From Bdellovibrionota bacterium FG-1 (lineage in GTDB: Bacteria; Bdellovibrionota; UBA1018): DNA of 27,662 bases. Both the position numbers and the translations under genes were made by a program. The notes under the pieces are model-generated. The model ran no database searches. It was not told the DNA's origin and was given only the letters and a program-made list of their open reading frames with translations. Below, piece after piece: positions 1 through 8,141 of the stretch. Location of the stretch: positions 1 to 27,662 of the forward strand of contig JBBCAW010000059.1 in the NCBI GenBank assembly GCA_051382295.1, written 5' to 3'. Numbering within the stretch: position 1 is the stretch's first letter; every line of letters begins with the position of its first letter.

Positions 1-111
1 GTCGAAACGCTCAAGCCAAGCCGCGTCCGTTCGGCCGCCCTACTCGCACCGTTGACCGAATCGACTGAGCATCAAGGAATCCTGGCTTTGCCTTGGGCAA
101 GCGCCTTTTGA
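1..111 (+). CDS. 3' end of a gene entering the window (C-terminus ...HQGILALPWASAF*); product unknown, weak resemblance to DUF4143/AAA ATPase C-termini
   Basis: Frame 1 is open from base 1 to TGA at 109-111; translated by hand. Confidence 0.35.
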   Translation, partial: VETLKPSRVRSAALLAPLTESTEHQGILALPWASAF

Positions 112-145
112 ATGGATCGATTTCAACTCACGGAAACTTATGGGG

Positions 146-832
146 TCAACGCAGGGTTGTGGCACGCCTTAACTCCCCGTAAGCACCACGAATCTCAAAA
201 TTGAAGCTCTCGGCAGATTGCAAAACCCCGTTGACGTAAATGTTTAGCTGGGCGGGAGAGTTAAAGAAATCACTTCCAAATAGGTTACAAATCACTCTGA
301 AGTTCAGACGACGATTTCTAAAATCGGAACCGAAAGTTCGCTTTTGGTTTGAGCCACCAAATTCATCTTCATTTCCGCCATCAATCAGGTCTTCTCTGCC
401 CTCCGTGCCGAGATAGACGCGATAACCTGCACGAGGAACTCCTGGAGTCAGCTTGAGTTCAAATCGAACTTCGTATGTTCCGGCAAGAATCGAGGGGCTT
501 ACCCCGTTTAAAGTCTGTTCGATGATCGGAAGACCTTCGGCGCCCCTTTCAAAAAAACTTCGGATTATCAGGCGTAGTTTTGGTCTTGGGAAATTTAGAC
601 CCAGTTTCGAAAGCATCAGTTCGTGAACGATCATCGCAGCCCTTGCCGTGAAATTCATCCGAGCCAATAGTCCTCGGTCTATGAGGACGTTGCCATCGAG
701 ATCCTGCCTGGCGACTTGAAGCAGAATGTCTTGCGGGTTGTTCAGATTTGCATCGGCAACAGGTTTAAGTGGAAGAGAGCTGAGTGCCCATTTCATCTCA
801 TGAAGTCGGGCATTCAGCGCATCACCAAACAA
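146..832 (-). CDS. Hypothetical protein with an 'IDxxLxxRM...AAMIVHE' motif; probably 5'-truncated or degenerate
   Basis: 228-aa ORF with a TTG start and no RBS. The frame stays open upstream only to a TGA at 884-886. No signal peptide is visible. Confidence 0.5.
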   Translation of the reverse strand: MFGDALNARLHEMKWALSSLPLKPVADANLNNPQDILLQVARQDLDGNVLIDRGLLARMNFTARAAMIVHELMLSKLGLNFPRPKLRLIIRSFFERGAEGLPIIEQTLNGVSPSILAGTYEVRFELKLTPGVPRAGYRVYLGTEGREDLIDGGNEDEFGGSNQKRTFGSDFRNRRLNFRVICNLFGSDFFNSPAQLNIYVNGVLQSAESFNFEIRGAYGELRRATTLR

Positions 833-1049
833 CCGATGAGATGCGCCAACGAGACGGGCAGCAGTGAAAATGATTTTTTTATTTCACTTGGGCTATCAAT
901 CAACAGGGCGTTTGAGACAGAGTTTCAGTCAGATTCGGCGCCAGCGGAGTGGATCAATTCGGTGGCCTCACGCTACCCGGCACTGAGGGGCTGCGGAAGT
1001 GCATTACGGGGTCTTGCGGTTTGGGCTTGGTGGGAGGAAAGAAGGGCAT

Positions 1050-1102
1050 AAAAAAACCCCGGATTCTTCACCTATGTTTCAAGGGAGAGGAGTTGCCCGG
1101 GG
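1050..1102 (-). ncRNA. Structured hairpin followed by U-tract next to the Abi-like gene (candidate small RNA or intrinsic terminator)
   Basis: Minus strand reads CCCCGGG-CAACTCCTCTCCCTTGAAACATAGGTGAAGAA-TCCGGGG-TTTTTTT: 7-bp outer stem, possible inner CCT/AGG stem, T-run. Confidence 0.45.
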
Positions 1103-1130
1103 ATAATAGATATAACATCTGCTAATCTGA

Positions 1131-1560
1131 GGGAAAAGGCAACCATTTCAAGAGCTGGAAAAAACCTTATCAAAAGACCGACTTGGACCATATCGCCAGA
1201 CGCCTCAAAATGAGACGTCTGTCATTATTGCTCGCTACCTTTGGAATATCGCGCTCAGCGAAGCGCTTTACCCCGCCTTGCATCTAGTCGAGGTGTCTCT
1301 TCGAAATCGAATTAACGATGCGGCGACGGACCATTGGGGCACCACCTGGTGTGGCAGGACACTAAAGTATTACTTGAGGAAGATCTAAATTATGTTGCGA
1401 GAGCGGTTTCACTTTTAAAGAAAAGTGGAAAACAGCCGGAGCCTGGTCGAATCGTTGCTGAGCTTCCCTTTGGTTTTTGGACATCACTTTTTCGACGGGA
1501 ATACGAACAGCGATTTTTTGTTAAAATCGTGAAGCCTACATTTTTTCACCTGCGTCCTTC
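1131..1560 (+). pseudogene. Abi-like (Abi_2, AbiD/AbiF-type HEPN) protein pseudogene; no start codon, frameshift near 1350, truncated C-terminus
   Basis: Frame 1131-1388 gives FQELEKTLSKDRLGPY...ARYLWNIALSEALYPALHLVEVSLRNRI. The shifted frame (ORF 1334-1609) gives GRIVAELPFGFWTSLF. Both are typical family motifs. The C-terminal RNRIAH-type HEPN motif is missing. Confidence 0.75.
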
Positions 1561-1857
1561 CATACTCAGAATCCGGATCTCGCCGAGTATCGGGGTCTTT
1601 GGGAAATAAACCTCACGTTAACGGATTTTTTGGGCGGATTCTTTTCTGACCGCGCTGAACTATCGCTTCGACTCTATCCCGGTGGGCAATCCAACCTCAA
1701 CCCCTTGCATGGAGGCCAGGAACTCACCTTTCGCGCCAAAACAGCGCCGAAGGTTTTTCTGCCTCTTTTTGTCGTGCAGCTCTTTCACGGTTATGGCGAA
1801 GGGCTATTGGACTACCAGATGAGTCGGTGGGGACTGCGAGCCGGCATTGGCTTTTGA
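1561..1857 (+). pseudogene. pldA: 3' fragment of outer membrane phospholipase A (OMPLA)
   Basis: Hand translation from 1561: HTQNPDLAEYRG...VQLFHGYGEGLLDYQMSRWGLRAGIGF*, matching OMPLA NPDIxxYxG and GYGESLxDY motifs with a terminal Phe. In-frame stop at 1522-1524 means the 5' part is absent. Confidence 0.75.
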
Positions 1858-1861
1858 TGCA

Positions 1862-1894
1862 GTCGGTACGGCGGGATTCGAACCCCCGACCCCC
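1862..1894 (-). other. tRNA 3'-half fragment (tRNA-Pro-like), possible att-site scar
   Basis: Minus strand GGGGGTCGGGGGTTCGAATCCCGCCGTACCGAC has a T-loop GTTCGAATC and a 3' acceptor strand ending CCGAC as in tRNA-Pro. No D-arm or anticodon arm upstream. Confidence 0.55.
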
Positions 1895-2313
1895 TACTGC
1901 CCGGCTATCTAAAAATGTTTCATGCAAAAACAAAAAATCCAAAACTCTTTTTATTTCGGCGTTCTATAATGCCGGTTTTTGCAAGCATCTGGTCGCTGTA
2001 GGTCTGGCTTTACTGGAGCCCAAACTAGACACGAGAGCAACCACAAAACCTTCAGGAATTGGGGCCTCGCGAGATCAGTGCCGACCGAAGAGAATGATAT
2101 CGGTTGATGAAATTTGTAAACATTGATCAAAATTCGGTCATGATCCTGACTTACTTGAGACGCTGATCAATAAAATCATGAGCACTTCGAGCCTTTTTCA
2201 ACTAATCCAACTACAAATTCACGATGAAAAAAGGTTCCGATCACCCGGAGGACAATCGAGATGAGTCCCGGCAACCAAGCAGGCGAAAGCAAAAAACCTA
2301 TGTCCGTTTAGTC

Positions 2314-2342
2314 AAAAAAAAGCCACCTAGAGGGGTGGCTTT
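2314..2342 (-). terminator. Intrinsic terminator downstream of tRNA-Glu
   Basis: AAAGCCACC/GGTGGCTTT inverted repeat followed by a T-run on the minus strand. Confidence 0.8.
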
Positions 2343-2355
2343 GTAAAAAATAAAT

Positions 2356-2431
2356 TGGCGTCTCCACGGGGATTCGAACCCCGGTTACTCCCGTGAAAGG
2401 GGAGTGTCCTAGGCCTCTAGACGATGGAGAC
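2356..2431 (-). tRNA. tRNA-Glu (anticodon TTC)
   Basis: GTCTCCATCGTCTAGAGGCCTAGGACACTCCCCTTTCACGGGAGTAACCGGGGTTCGAATCCCCGTGGAGACGCCA: 76-nt cloverleaf with encoded CCA. Confidence 0.97.
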
Positions 2432-2535
2432 GCAAACACTCATTCATATCTATTTGAACGAAACAGACGTTTACCCGCAATGGAAATCGTTTTCAACCAA
2501 AAACGTACGGATTTTATCCAAAAACCCACCCCCCC

Positions 2536-2552
2536 TTGGCATGTCCATTGCT
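2536..2552 (+). promoter_or_regulatory. Putative sigma54 (-24/-12) promoter
   Basis: TTGGCATGTCCATTGCT has GG-N10-GC and is close to YTGGCACGRNNNTTGCW; 27 bp upstream of ATG 2580. Confidence 0.6.
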
Positions 2553-2579
2553 TCCTCACCCTTGAGGAAGAAACAATCG

Positions 2580-3017
2580 ATGGACGCGCAGCCCAAATTT
2601 GAAAATGTCGAAGAATTCTTCAAAGAGGCCGAAAACACCTTTCAAAAGGGGGTATTCACGCTGGGCTCTTGGAGCGAGGACCTCAAGCACCTTATTGAGG
2701 AGAAACCCGGACTCATTTTGGCAGCCCTGGGGGTTTCGGGTTTCGTCATGGGCTCCCTTCTGAGACATGGGATTTCATCCGACCAGCCAGGACATACCCT
2801 GCCCGGCTATGTAGAACAGGAACTTCCTGCTGACCCGTTTGTGCTCTTTGTGGCAGGCGCAATCGCGGGGGTCATCGCCGGCCCCCAACTCATCCAAGAA
2901 GCAATAGCGGCCGTCAAAACCAAACCAGACAACGATAATGTCGTCGGGTTGCAACGTGCACGCCCCGAGTCAGTGTCCCATGGTATAAAAGACGAACGGC
3001 CATTCGAAAAAACCTAA
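2580..3017 (+). CDS. Hypothetical membrane protein with two Gly-rich hydrophobic segments
   Basis: Part of ORF 2424-3017. Start moved to ATG 2580 because of the GAGGA RBS and because 2424 lies inside the tRNA. Confidence 0.7.
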   Translation: MDAQPKFENVEEFFKEAENTFQKGVFTLGSWSEDLKHLIEEKPGLILAALGVSGFVMGSLLRHGISSDQPGHTLPGYVEQELPADPFVLFVAGAIAGVIAGPQLIQEAIAAVKTKPDNDNVVGLQRARPESVSHGIKDERPFEKT

Positions 3018-3634
3018 ACCGTTGGCGGCCGAGTCACTTGAAACGAAGGCCGCTCCTCAAGATGGCGCAAGTATCGCGCAACATGAGAGTAACGGGTTTG
3101 CCATTGAGGCGAATAGCGAAGTGAAAAATAAGTCAGGGCGGCCCCAAGATCCAAATCCACTTGTGTCACACGCCCAGGCAGAACCGTTTCGCGCCCTTCA
3201 ATAAAACCGTCGAAACGCTCCAGAACCCGCGTAGCGATATCCCGAATTTCCGCAAACAACTCCGAATCACGAGCGTCTTGGGGTCTTAAAGTTTCCATAT
3301 AATACTCAACCGTTTTTTCGCAAAGCCCCACGGCAATGGCCGACCAATGAGCACCTTGAACTGCTTCAACCACCCCCTGCGGCTGAAGCGGGCTATTCGG
3401 CAGCGAATCATATAAAAATTGAAGAATTTTTTCAGATTCCAGCAAAACATCCCCCGACTGCAACTGAATCGTCGGAACACGGGCTAACGGATTGAGCGCA
3501 ATCAATTCTGAATTTGGCTTAAAGACATCAATGATTTTTTCTTCATAATGAATACCGTTTTCCCGAAAGGCCAGTCTCACTCTCCTGGCAAAAGGGGATC
3601 GGGCCGATACAAAAAGAGTCGAATTTTCAAACAT
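3014..3634 (-). CDS. Glutathione S-transferase family protein
   Basis: SPFARRVR, NPLARVP and LESxxI GST N-domain motifs; C-terminal RPSFxxTxP. Confidence 0.9.
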   Translation of the reverse strand: MFENSTLFVSARSPFARRVRLAFRENGIHYEEKIIDVFKPNSELIALNPLARVPTIQLQSGDVLLESEKILQFLYDSLPNSPLQPQGVVEAVQGAHWSAIAVGLCEKTVEYYMETLRPQDARDSELFAEIRDIATRVLERFDGFIEGRETVLPGRVTQVDLDLGAALTYFSLRYSPQWQTRYSHVARYLRHLEERPSFQVTRPPTV

Positions 3635-3654
3635 GTTTACGGTCCCCTATGCTT

Positions 3655-5025
3655 TTATAAAAATTGCGCGATCGGAAAGCCAATCGAAACCCCAAAACTT
3701 TTCGAGGTAATCTGTTCATTATCGATTTTTTCGCCCCAGGCAATGTAATTGAACTCCCCAAAAAGCTTTCCAGAACCCCATCGCAACCAAACATTGTAAT
3801 AAGATTTACCATTGATATCGGGATAGATAAAAAATCCGCCAATAAAATTGTGACCCTTTTTAAAAGCATCGATAAAACTAAGCTCCACCCCTTGAGGAAG
3901 TCCTGGAATCACGTTGTATTTTCCGAGCGAACGAAACCCGACCGCATGCCCCCCCAACAAAAGGCTTGCCACCAATCGTCGATCAAAAATTCTAAAATAC
4001 TCATTGTGCACGTAAATCCCAAAATCCGTCGTCAGATGAGGATCAAGCGTCGTGGCATCAAAGGCCACCATGCGAATGGATTCAGTCAAAAAGTAGGACC
4101 CATAAAGAGTGATCACCGGCGCTACGGTCGACAACATTTCGCCGTTACCCTCAAAATGGTCGGTATAGGGTCCCACCCCAACCCCCAAAAAACCGCGATG
4201 ATAAACCGAAGGCAAAAAATAATGAAGTGTCAGATCGTCTCCACCGTTTTTGGGCAAAGCATGCAACGCAATACTTCCCGGCTCGGATCTCACTCGAAGT
4301 GACCAAACAGAATCCGACGACGAAGCCGTGGCGGTGCCGCCTACTTGGACCGTCTGCCCCACATTATCCCAGTACACCCAGAGTTCCAAACTGGACGCCC
4401 TGTTTTCTTGGCCCTCGAGCTCGGCCAGGCGGCACCCGACATAAGCCCACCCCCGCGCGCGCGATGACTGCGCACTGCCTTCGGCCTGAATTCCAAACCG
4501 AGAACAACTCGCATCAAAAAAGATACGCTGCTCTCCCAAACTGGGACGCGGCCTAAACTTCAAAACCGCGACGGCGCGAATTTCTTTTGCACCGCGACTC
4601 AATACCAACTCGATGGGATTTCGATCGCCAGACATTAATGCAACAGGAATTTCCGCCCGTGCATCTCCGGATTTTAGAACTGCGAGCGCTTGATGAAAGC
4701 CAGCACTCGTGACTCGACCTCCTGACACTTCCTTGGCAATCACCTGAAGTATGGCACGAGGAACAACCAACACTTCGCTCACTCGCACCCACTGGAGAGA
4801 GCCTGGCAACAAACTCAACGAAATCCCCTCTGGCGTTGGACCGCTCCATTCCAATTGATAATCTTGCGTATCTAAATCAAAAGGAGCACATGCTGTCGGA
4901 ACCGTTTCTGAAAGAATTTCTGGGGCGAGTGTCGATGACAGCGTAAGTGAAACAGCCCACGAATTTAAAACATTCGCCACAAAAACCCATGCCCCGACGA
5001 GCACTATTTTTTTTATGGTTCCCAT
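3655..5025 (-). CDS. Hypothetical exported protein, C-terminal part possibly an outer-membrane beta-barrel
   Basis: 456-aa ORF with a signal-peptide-like N-terminus; alternating aromatic/Gly beta-strand pattern in the last ~180 aa. Confidence 0.7.
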   Translation of the reverse strand: MGTIKKIVLVGAWVFVANVLNSWAVSLTLSSTLAPEILSETVPTACAPFDLDTQDYQLEWSGPTPEGISLSLLPGSLQWVRVSEVLVVPRAILQVIAKEVSGGRVTSAGFHQALAVLKSGDARAEIPVALMSGDRNPIELVLSRGAKEIRAVAVLKFRPRPSLGEQRIFFDASCSRFGIQAEGSAQSSRARGWAYVGCRLAELEGQENRASSLELWVYWDNVGQTVQVGGTATASSSDSVWSLRVRSEPGSIALHALPKNGGDDLTLHYFLPSVYHRGFLGVGVGPYTDHFEGNGEMLSTVAPVITLYGSYFLTESIRMVAFDATTLDPHLTTDFGIYVHNEYFRIFDRRLVASLLLGGHAVGFRSLGKYNVIPGLPQGVELSFIDAFKKGHNFIGGFFIYPDINGKSYYNVWLRWGSGKLFGEFNYIAWGEKIDNEQITSKSFGVSIGFPIAQFL

Positions 5026-5048
5026 AAGATCAATGATACCATGGATCT

Positions 5049-5984
5049 ATGCAAGAAGGTCAAGCCCACACCCCAAAACCCGCTCTTGTGGTCACCGCAC
5101 TCATTACAGTGCAAGTGCTTTTTGGCCTCAATTATGTGATCAGCAAAGTGGTGGTTGACGCCTTTCCACCCCTCCTTTGGGCCAGCATTCGAATCATTAT
5201 TGCCTCTTTTTTCATGCTGGGCGCGGCGCTCGCCTCCAAACGCCCACACCCCAAAGATGGCATTCATTTTTTTGGTCCGCTCGTCATCTTTGCCCTGCTC
5301 GGAATCATTATCAATCAAAGCTCATTTTTAGTCGGTTTACACCACACCACCGCCACCAACAGCGCCGTTCTTAACACCCTTATCCCTGTGTTTACGCTGC
5401 TTTTGGTCACCCTTCGCGGACAAGAGCCCCTAACCCTGCGCCGAGGGCTGGGCTTTGCCTTTGCTTTAATGGGGGTGCTTTCGATCCGCAAATTCGAAGA
5501 AATTTCATTTAACAATACCACTTGGATCGGCGATCTTTTGACGATCCTCAATTGCCTGAGTTATGCGCTTTTCCTGTCCTTCAGCAAAAAATTTGTCCAA
5601 ACCCACGACCGACTATGGACGACGACTTGGCTTTTTATTTACGGAAGCGTGGGACTCACCTTACTGGCCCTACCCGATTGGATGAGCTTTCATTGGCCGA
5701 CAATAACGCCGCAGCTCCTCGCCTGTATGATCTTTGCCATTCTCGGTGGTACGCTTTTTACTTATTTTTTAAATATTTGGGCCCTAGCGTATGCCCGATC
5801 CTCGTCGGTAGCGCTGTTCATTTATGTGCAACCGCTCGTGGCCAGCCTTTTGGCTTGGGGTTGGATGCATCAAGCCCCCACTTCGCGCACCTTCGTTTCG
5901 AGTGGCTTGATTTTTTCAGGAATGATTTTAGGATTACAGGGCGGAATGACTGGAGTAAACGCCACATCCTCAAAAAAGACGTGA
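5049..5984 (+). CDS. DMT/EamA family transporter
   Basis: About 10 hydrophobic helices in two EamA repeats; GLHHTTATNSAVL...PVFT motif. Confidence 0.92.
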   Translation: MQEGQAHTPKPALVVTALITVQVLFGLNYVISKVVVDAFPPLLWASIRIIIASFFMLGAALASKRPHPKDGIHFFGPLVIFALLGIIINQSSFLVGLHHTTATNSAVLNTLIPVFTLLLVTLRGQEPLTLRRGLGFAFALMGVLSIRKFEEISFNNTTWIGDLLTILNCLSYALFLSFSKKFVQTHDRLWTTTWLFIYGSVGLTLLALPDWMSFHWPTITPQLLACMIFAILGGTLFTYFLNIWALAYARSSSVALFIYVQPLVASLLAWGWMHQAPTSRTFVSSGLIFSGMILGLQGGMTGVNATSSKKT

Positions 5985-6016
5985 CTCGCTTAAGTCCTCT
6001 ATTTTAAGGAGATCAT

Positions 6017-6982
6017 ATGGAAAAAACCCAGACCGTCGCACTCAAGTCGCCCCTTCACGACTGGCCCATTTGGTGGAATAAACTTTCCACCCTGCAAAAA
6101 TTTCTTCCAATCACCCTCGCCCTTATCTACTGGGGGACCCTCATCAGACTGCACGGCCTCCGCGTCGATCACTTGCTCATGGCAGGAGCTCTCCTCTTTT
6201 TTAGTTATGCCGGGCGTACCGCTCATCAAATTCGCGCTTTTGCCCTGCCGTTTATCCTGACCGGCATCATCTATGACAGCCAGCGCTTTTACTCCGACTA
6301 CCTCCGTGGCCCCATTCACGTCACTGAACCGTACCACTTTGATAAATATTTTTTTGGCATAAACACCGCTCAGGGCATCTTAACGCCTAACGAATACTGG
6401 CAACTCCATACGCATCCCGTCCTGGATTTACTATGCGGCTTTGCCTACCTGACCTTTATCAGCGTTTTTGTTATCCAAAGTGGCTGGCTGTATTTTGGGC
6501 TCAGTCGTAGAGGGACTGAACTGCTGAAAGGCATGCAGATTCGCAAAAAAGCCGAGCAGATGATTTGGACTTTTTTTTGGGTCAACATTGTCGGTTATTC
6601 CACCTACTATTGGTACGCGGCCTCTCCCCCTTGGTACGTGGCTCTCTACGGCTTAGGGCCCGCCCGCCACGTTCCGGCCAATCAGGCCGGCTGCATTCGC
6701 TTTGATCAACTCCTCGGTACTCATTTTTTTACCGAGATGTACGGCCGATCCGCCGATGTTCATGGCGCCATTCCGTCGCTTCATGTGGCCTATCCTTTTA
6801 TAGCTATGCTTTTTGCTTTTCAGGTCAAACGGCTGCGGGTTTTTTCGGTATTTTTTTACCTACTCATGTGCTTTTCAGCGGTCTACCTCAACCATCACTA
6901 CATCCTGGATATTCTTTGGGGCAGTGGTTATGCGCTGCTCACGACCTTTTTCATCGGTTGGCTGGCCAAAAATGAGGCATAG
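6017..6982 (+). CDS. PAP2-superfamily membrane protein, inositol-phosphorylceramide synthase (Aur1)-like
   Basis: Motifs AASPPWY, GAIPSLH and NHHYILD; AAGGAG RBS. Confidence 0.85.
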   Translation: MEKTQTVALKSPLHDWPIWWNKLSTLQKFLPITLALIYWGTLIRLHGLRVDHLLMAGALLFFSYAGRTAHQIRAFALPFILTGIIYDSQRFYSDYLRGPIHVTEPYHFDKYFFGINTAQGILTPNEYWQLHTHPVLDLLCGFAYLTFISVFVIQSGWLYFGLSRRGTELLKGMQIRKKAEQMIWTFFWVNIVGYSTYYWYAASPPWYVALYGLGPARHVPANQAGCIRFDQLLGTHFFTEMYGRSADVHGAIPSLHVAYPFIAMLFAFQVKRLRVFSVFFYLLMCFSAVYLNHHYILDILWGSGYALLTTFFIGWLAKNEA

Positions 6983-7364
6983 ACCCTCGTTATTCGCCTC
7001 TTTTAGCCGATCCCAGCTTTCATCATTTGCTGCCACGGCAGCCGATTTTGGGCTGCTTTTTACGCTGACTGAGGTTTTTCATGTTTGGTACGTCATCGCC
7101 ACTGCCGCCGGAGCCCTGGCGGGGGCTGCCTCCAACTTTTTCATGAATCGCTATTGGAGCTTTTCAGCCACCCACGATGTTTGGCACCGCCAAGCTAGGC
7201 GATATTCCATCGTTTCTGGAATGAGCATGCTTCTCAATACGGGAGGCGCCTATGCTTTTACGGAGTGGGGCCATCTTCACTACTCGATCTCGGTGATCTC
7301 GACTTCCATTTTGGTGGGCGTACTTTTTAACTTTCCGATGCAGCGGCAATACGTTTTTCGTTAG
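6972..7364 (+). CDS. GtrA family membrane protein
   Basis: ATAADF...NFFMNRYWSF...NFPMQRQYVF GtrA pattern with 4 TM segments; ATG 6972 overlaps the end of the upstream gene. Confidence 0.88.
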   Translation: MRHRPSLFASFSRSQLSSFAATAADFGLLFTLTEVFHVWYVIATAAGALAGAASNFFMNRYWSFSATHDVWHRQARRYSIVSGMSMLLNTGGAYAFTEWGHLHYSISVISTSILVGVLFNFPMQRQYVFR

Positions 7365-7370
7365 AGAAAG

Positions 7371-7898
7371 TTAGCGTTTTTGGTCCCGCAATTGTCGTTC
7401 AACCTCTTTTCGGACAAGCGCTTGCATGCTCTTCTTAAAATCCGCCTTCAGTCCATCTGTTAGAACTCTCTGGTTAAAACCATTCATCGCGATCTCAAAC
7501 GCCCGGTTTGCGTCATGGACTTTTGTTTCGGCTTGGGTGACTAGTTTTTTACTATCGATCAAACCTGTTTCAACTAGCTTGATGCGATCCGAAACGCCCG
7601 CAGCCAACTGGATTCGTTCCGCATTTTGTTGATTAATTCCACCTTTTGCCGCCTCAAATTGACCATTGGCCCTATCCATCGCCGCGTTGATTTTTTTTTC
7701 GACTTCCCCCAGCAGTTCTCTGATGTCTTGCACACTGTAGACGTCAACATCAATAGGACTGGAACAACCTGATTCAGATATTCCAACCAAACACCCAGTT
7801 ATTCGTTGCCGAGCCTGCGCCACTGGCGTCCCCATCCCCAAAACTCCCAAAACCACCGCCAAACCAACCACAAAACCCATTTTGTTCGAATTCATCAT
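7371..7898 (-). CDS. Hypothetical secreted coiled-coil protein
   Basis: AAGGAGGT RBS before ATG 7898; signal peptide ending AQA; helical heptad-like C-terminal part. Confidence 0.75.
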   Translation of the reverse strand: MMNSNKMGFVVGLAVVLGVLGMGTPVAQARQRITGCLVGISESGCSSPIDVDVYSVQDIRELLGEVEKKINAAMDRANGQFEAAKGGINQQNAERIQLAAGVSDRIKLVETGLIDSKKLVTQAETKVHDANRAFEIAMNGFNQRVLTDGLKADFKKSMQALVRKEVERQLRDQKR

Positions 7899-7935
7899 AA
7901 AAACGACCTCCTTCTTGATCGTGACGCATCGCAAT

Positions 7936-7952
7936 AGCAAGGGTCGTTCCAA
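7936..7952 (-). promoter_or_regulatory. Putative sigma54 (-24/-12) promoter
   Basis: Minus strand TTGGAACGACCCTTGCT (GG-N10-GC, one mismatch to consensus), with an AT-rich tract further upstream. Confidence 0.65.
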
Positions 7953-8141
7953 CTTAAAAACGACACCACTAAAAATCAAAAATTAAATAACTTTTCGTTT
8001 TTACAAATTAAATCAAATCATCCCGTTTTTGCGGCGTCGCAGGCCTCTTCAAAAACCCGACACTCTGTAGGGACTCCCCCACACATGGTGCCGCAAATTT
8101 ACTGTTTCGCAGCCCCCCCCATTCGTTGTAGGTTCGCCTCC

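Noticed and set aside
1895..2310. Possible decayed gene or ORF 1827-2126
   Set aside because: Multiple stops in the frames read, no recognisable motif, and the ORF runs through the tRNA fragment.
1862..2431. tRNA fragment as the att duplication of the neighbouring tRNA-Glu
   Set aside because: The acceptor-strand sequences differ; only the universal T-loop core is shared.
2424..2579. N-terminal extension of ORF 2424-3017, and ORF 2393-2602
   Set aside because: They overlap tRNA-Glu and the promoter region; the RBS and sigma54 motif support ATG 2580.
3664..4302. 212-aa antisense ORF and similar shadow ORFs (5522-6007, 11494-12054, 24479-25054, 26221-26694)
   Set aside because: They overlap better-supported genes and have no motifs or RBS.
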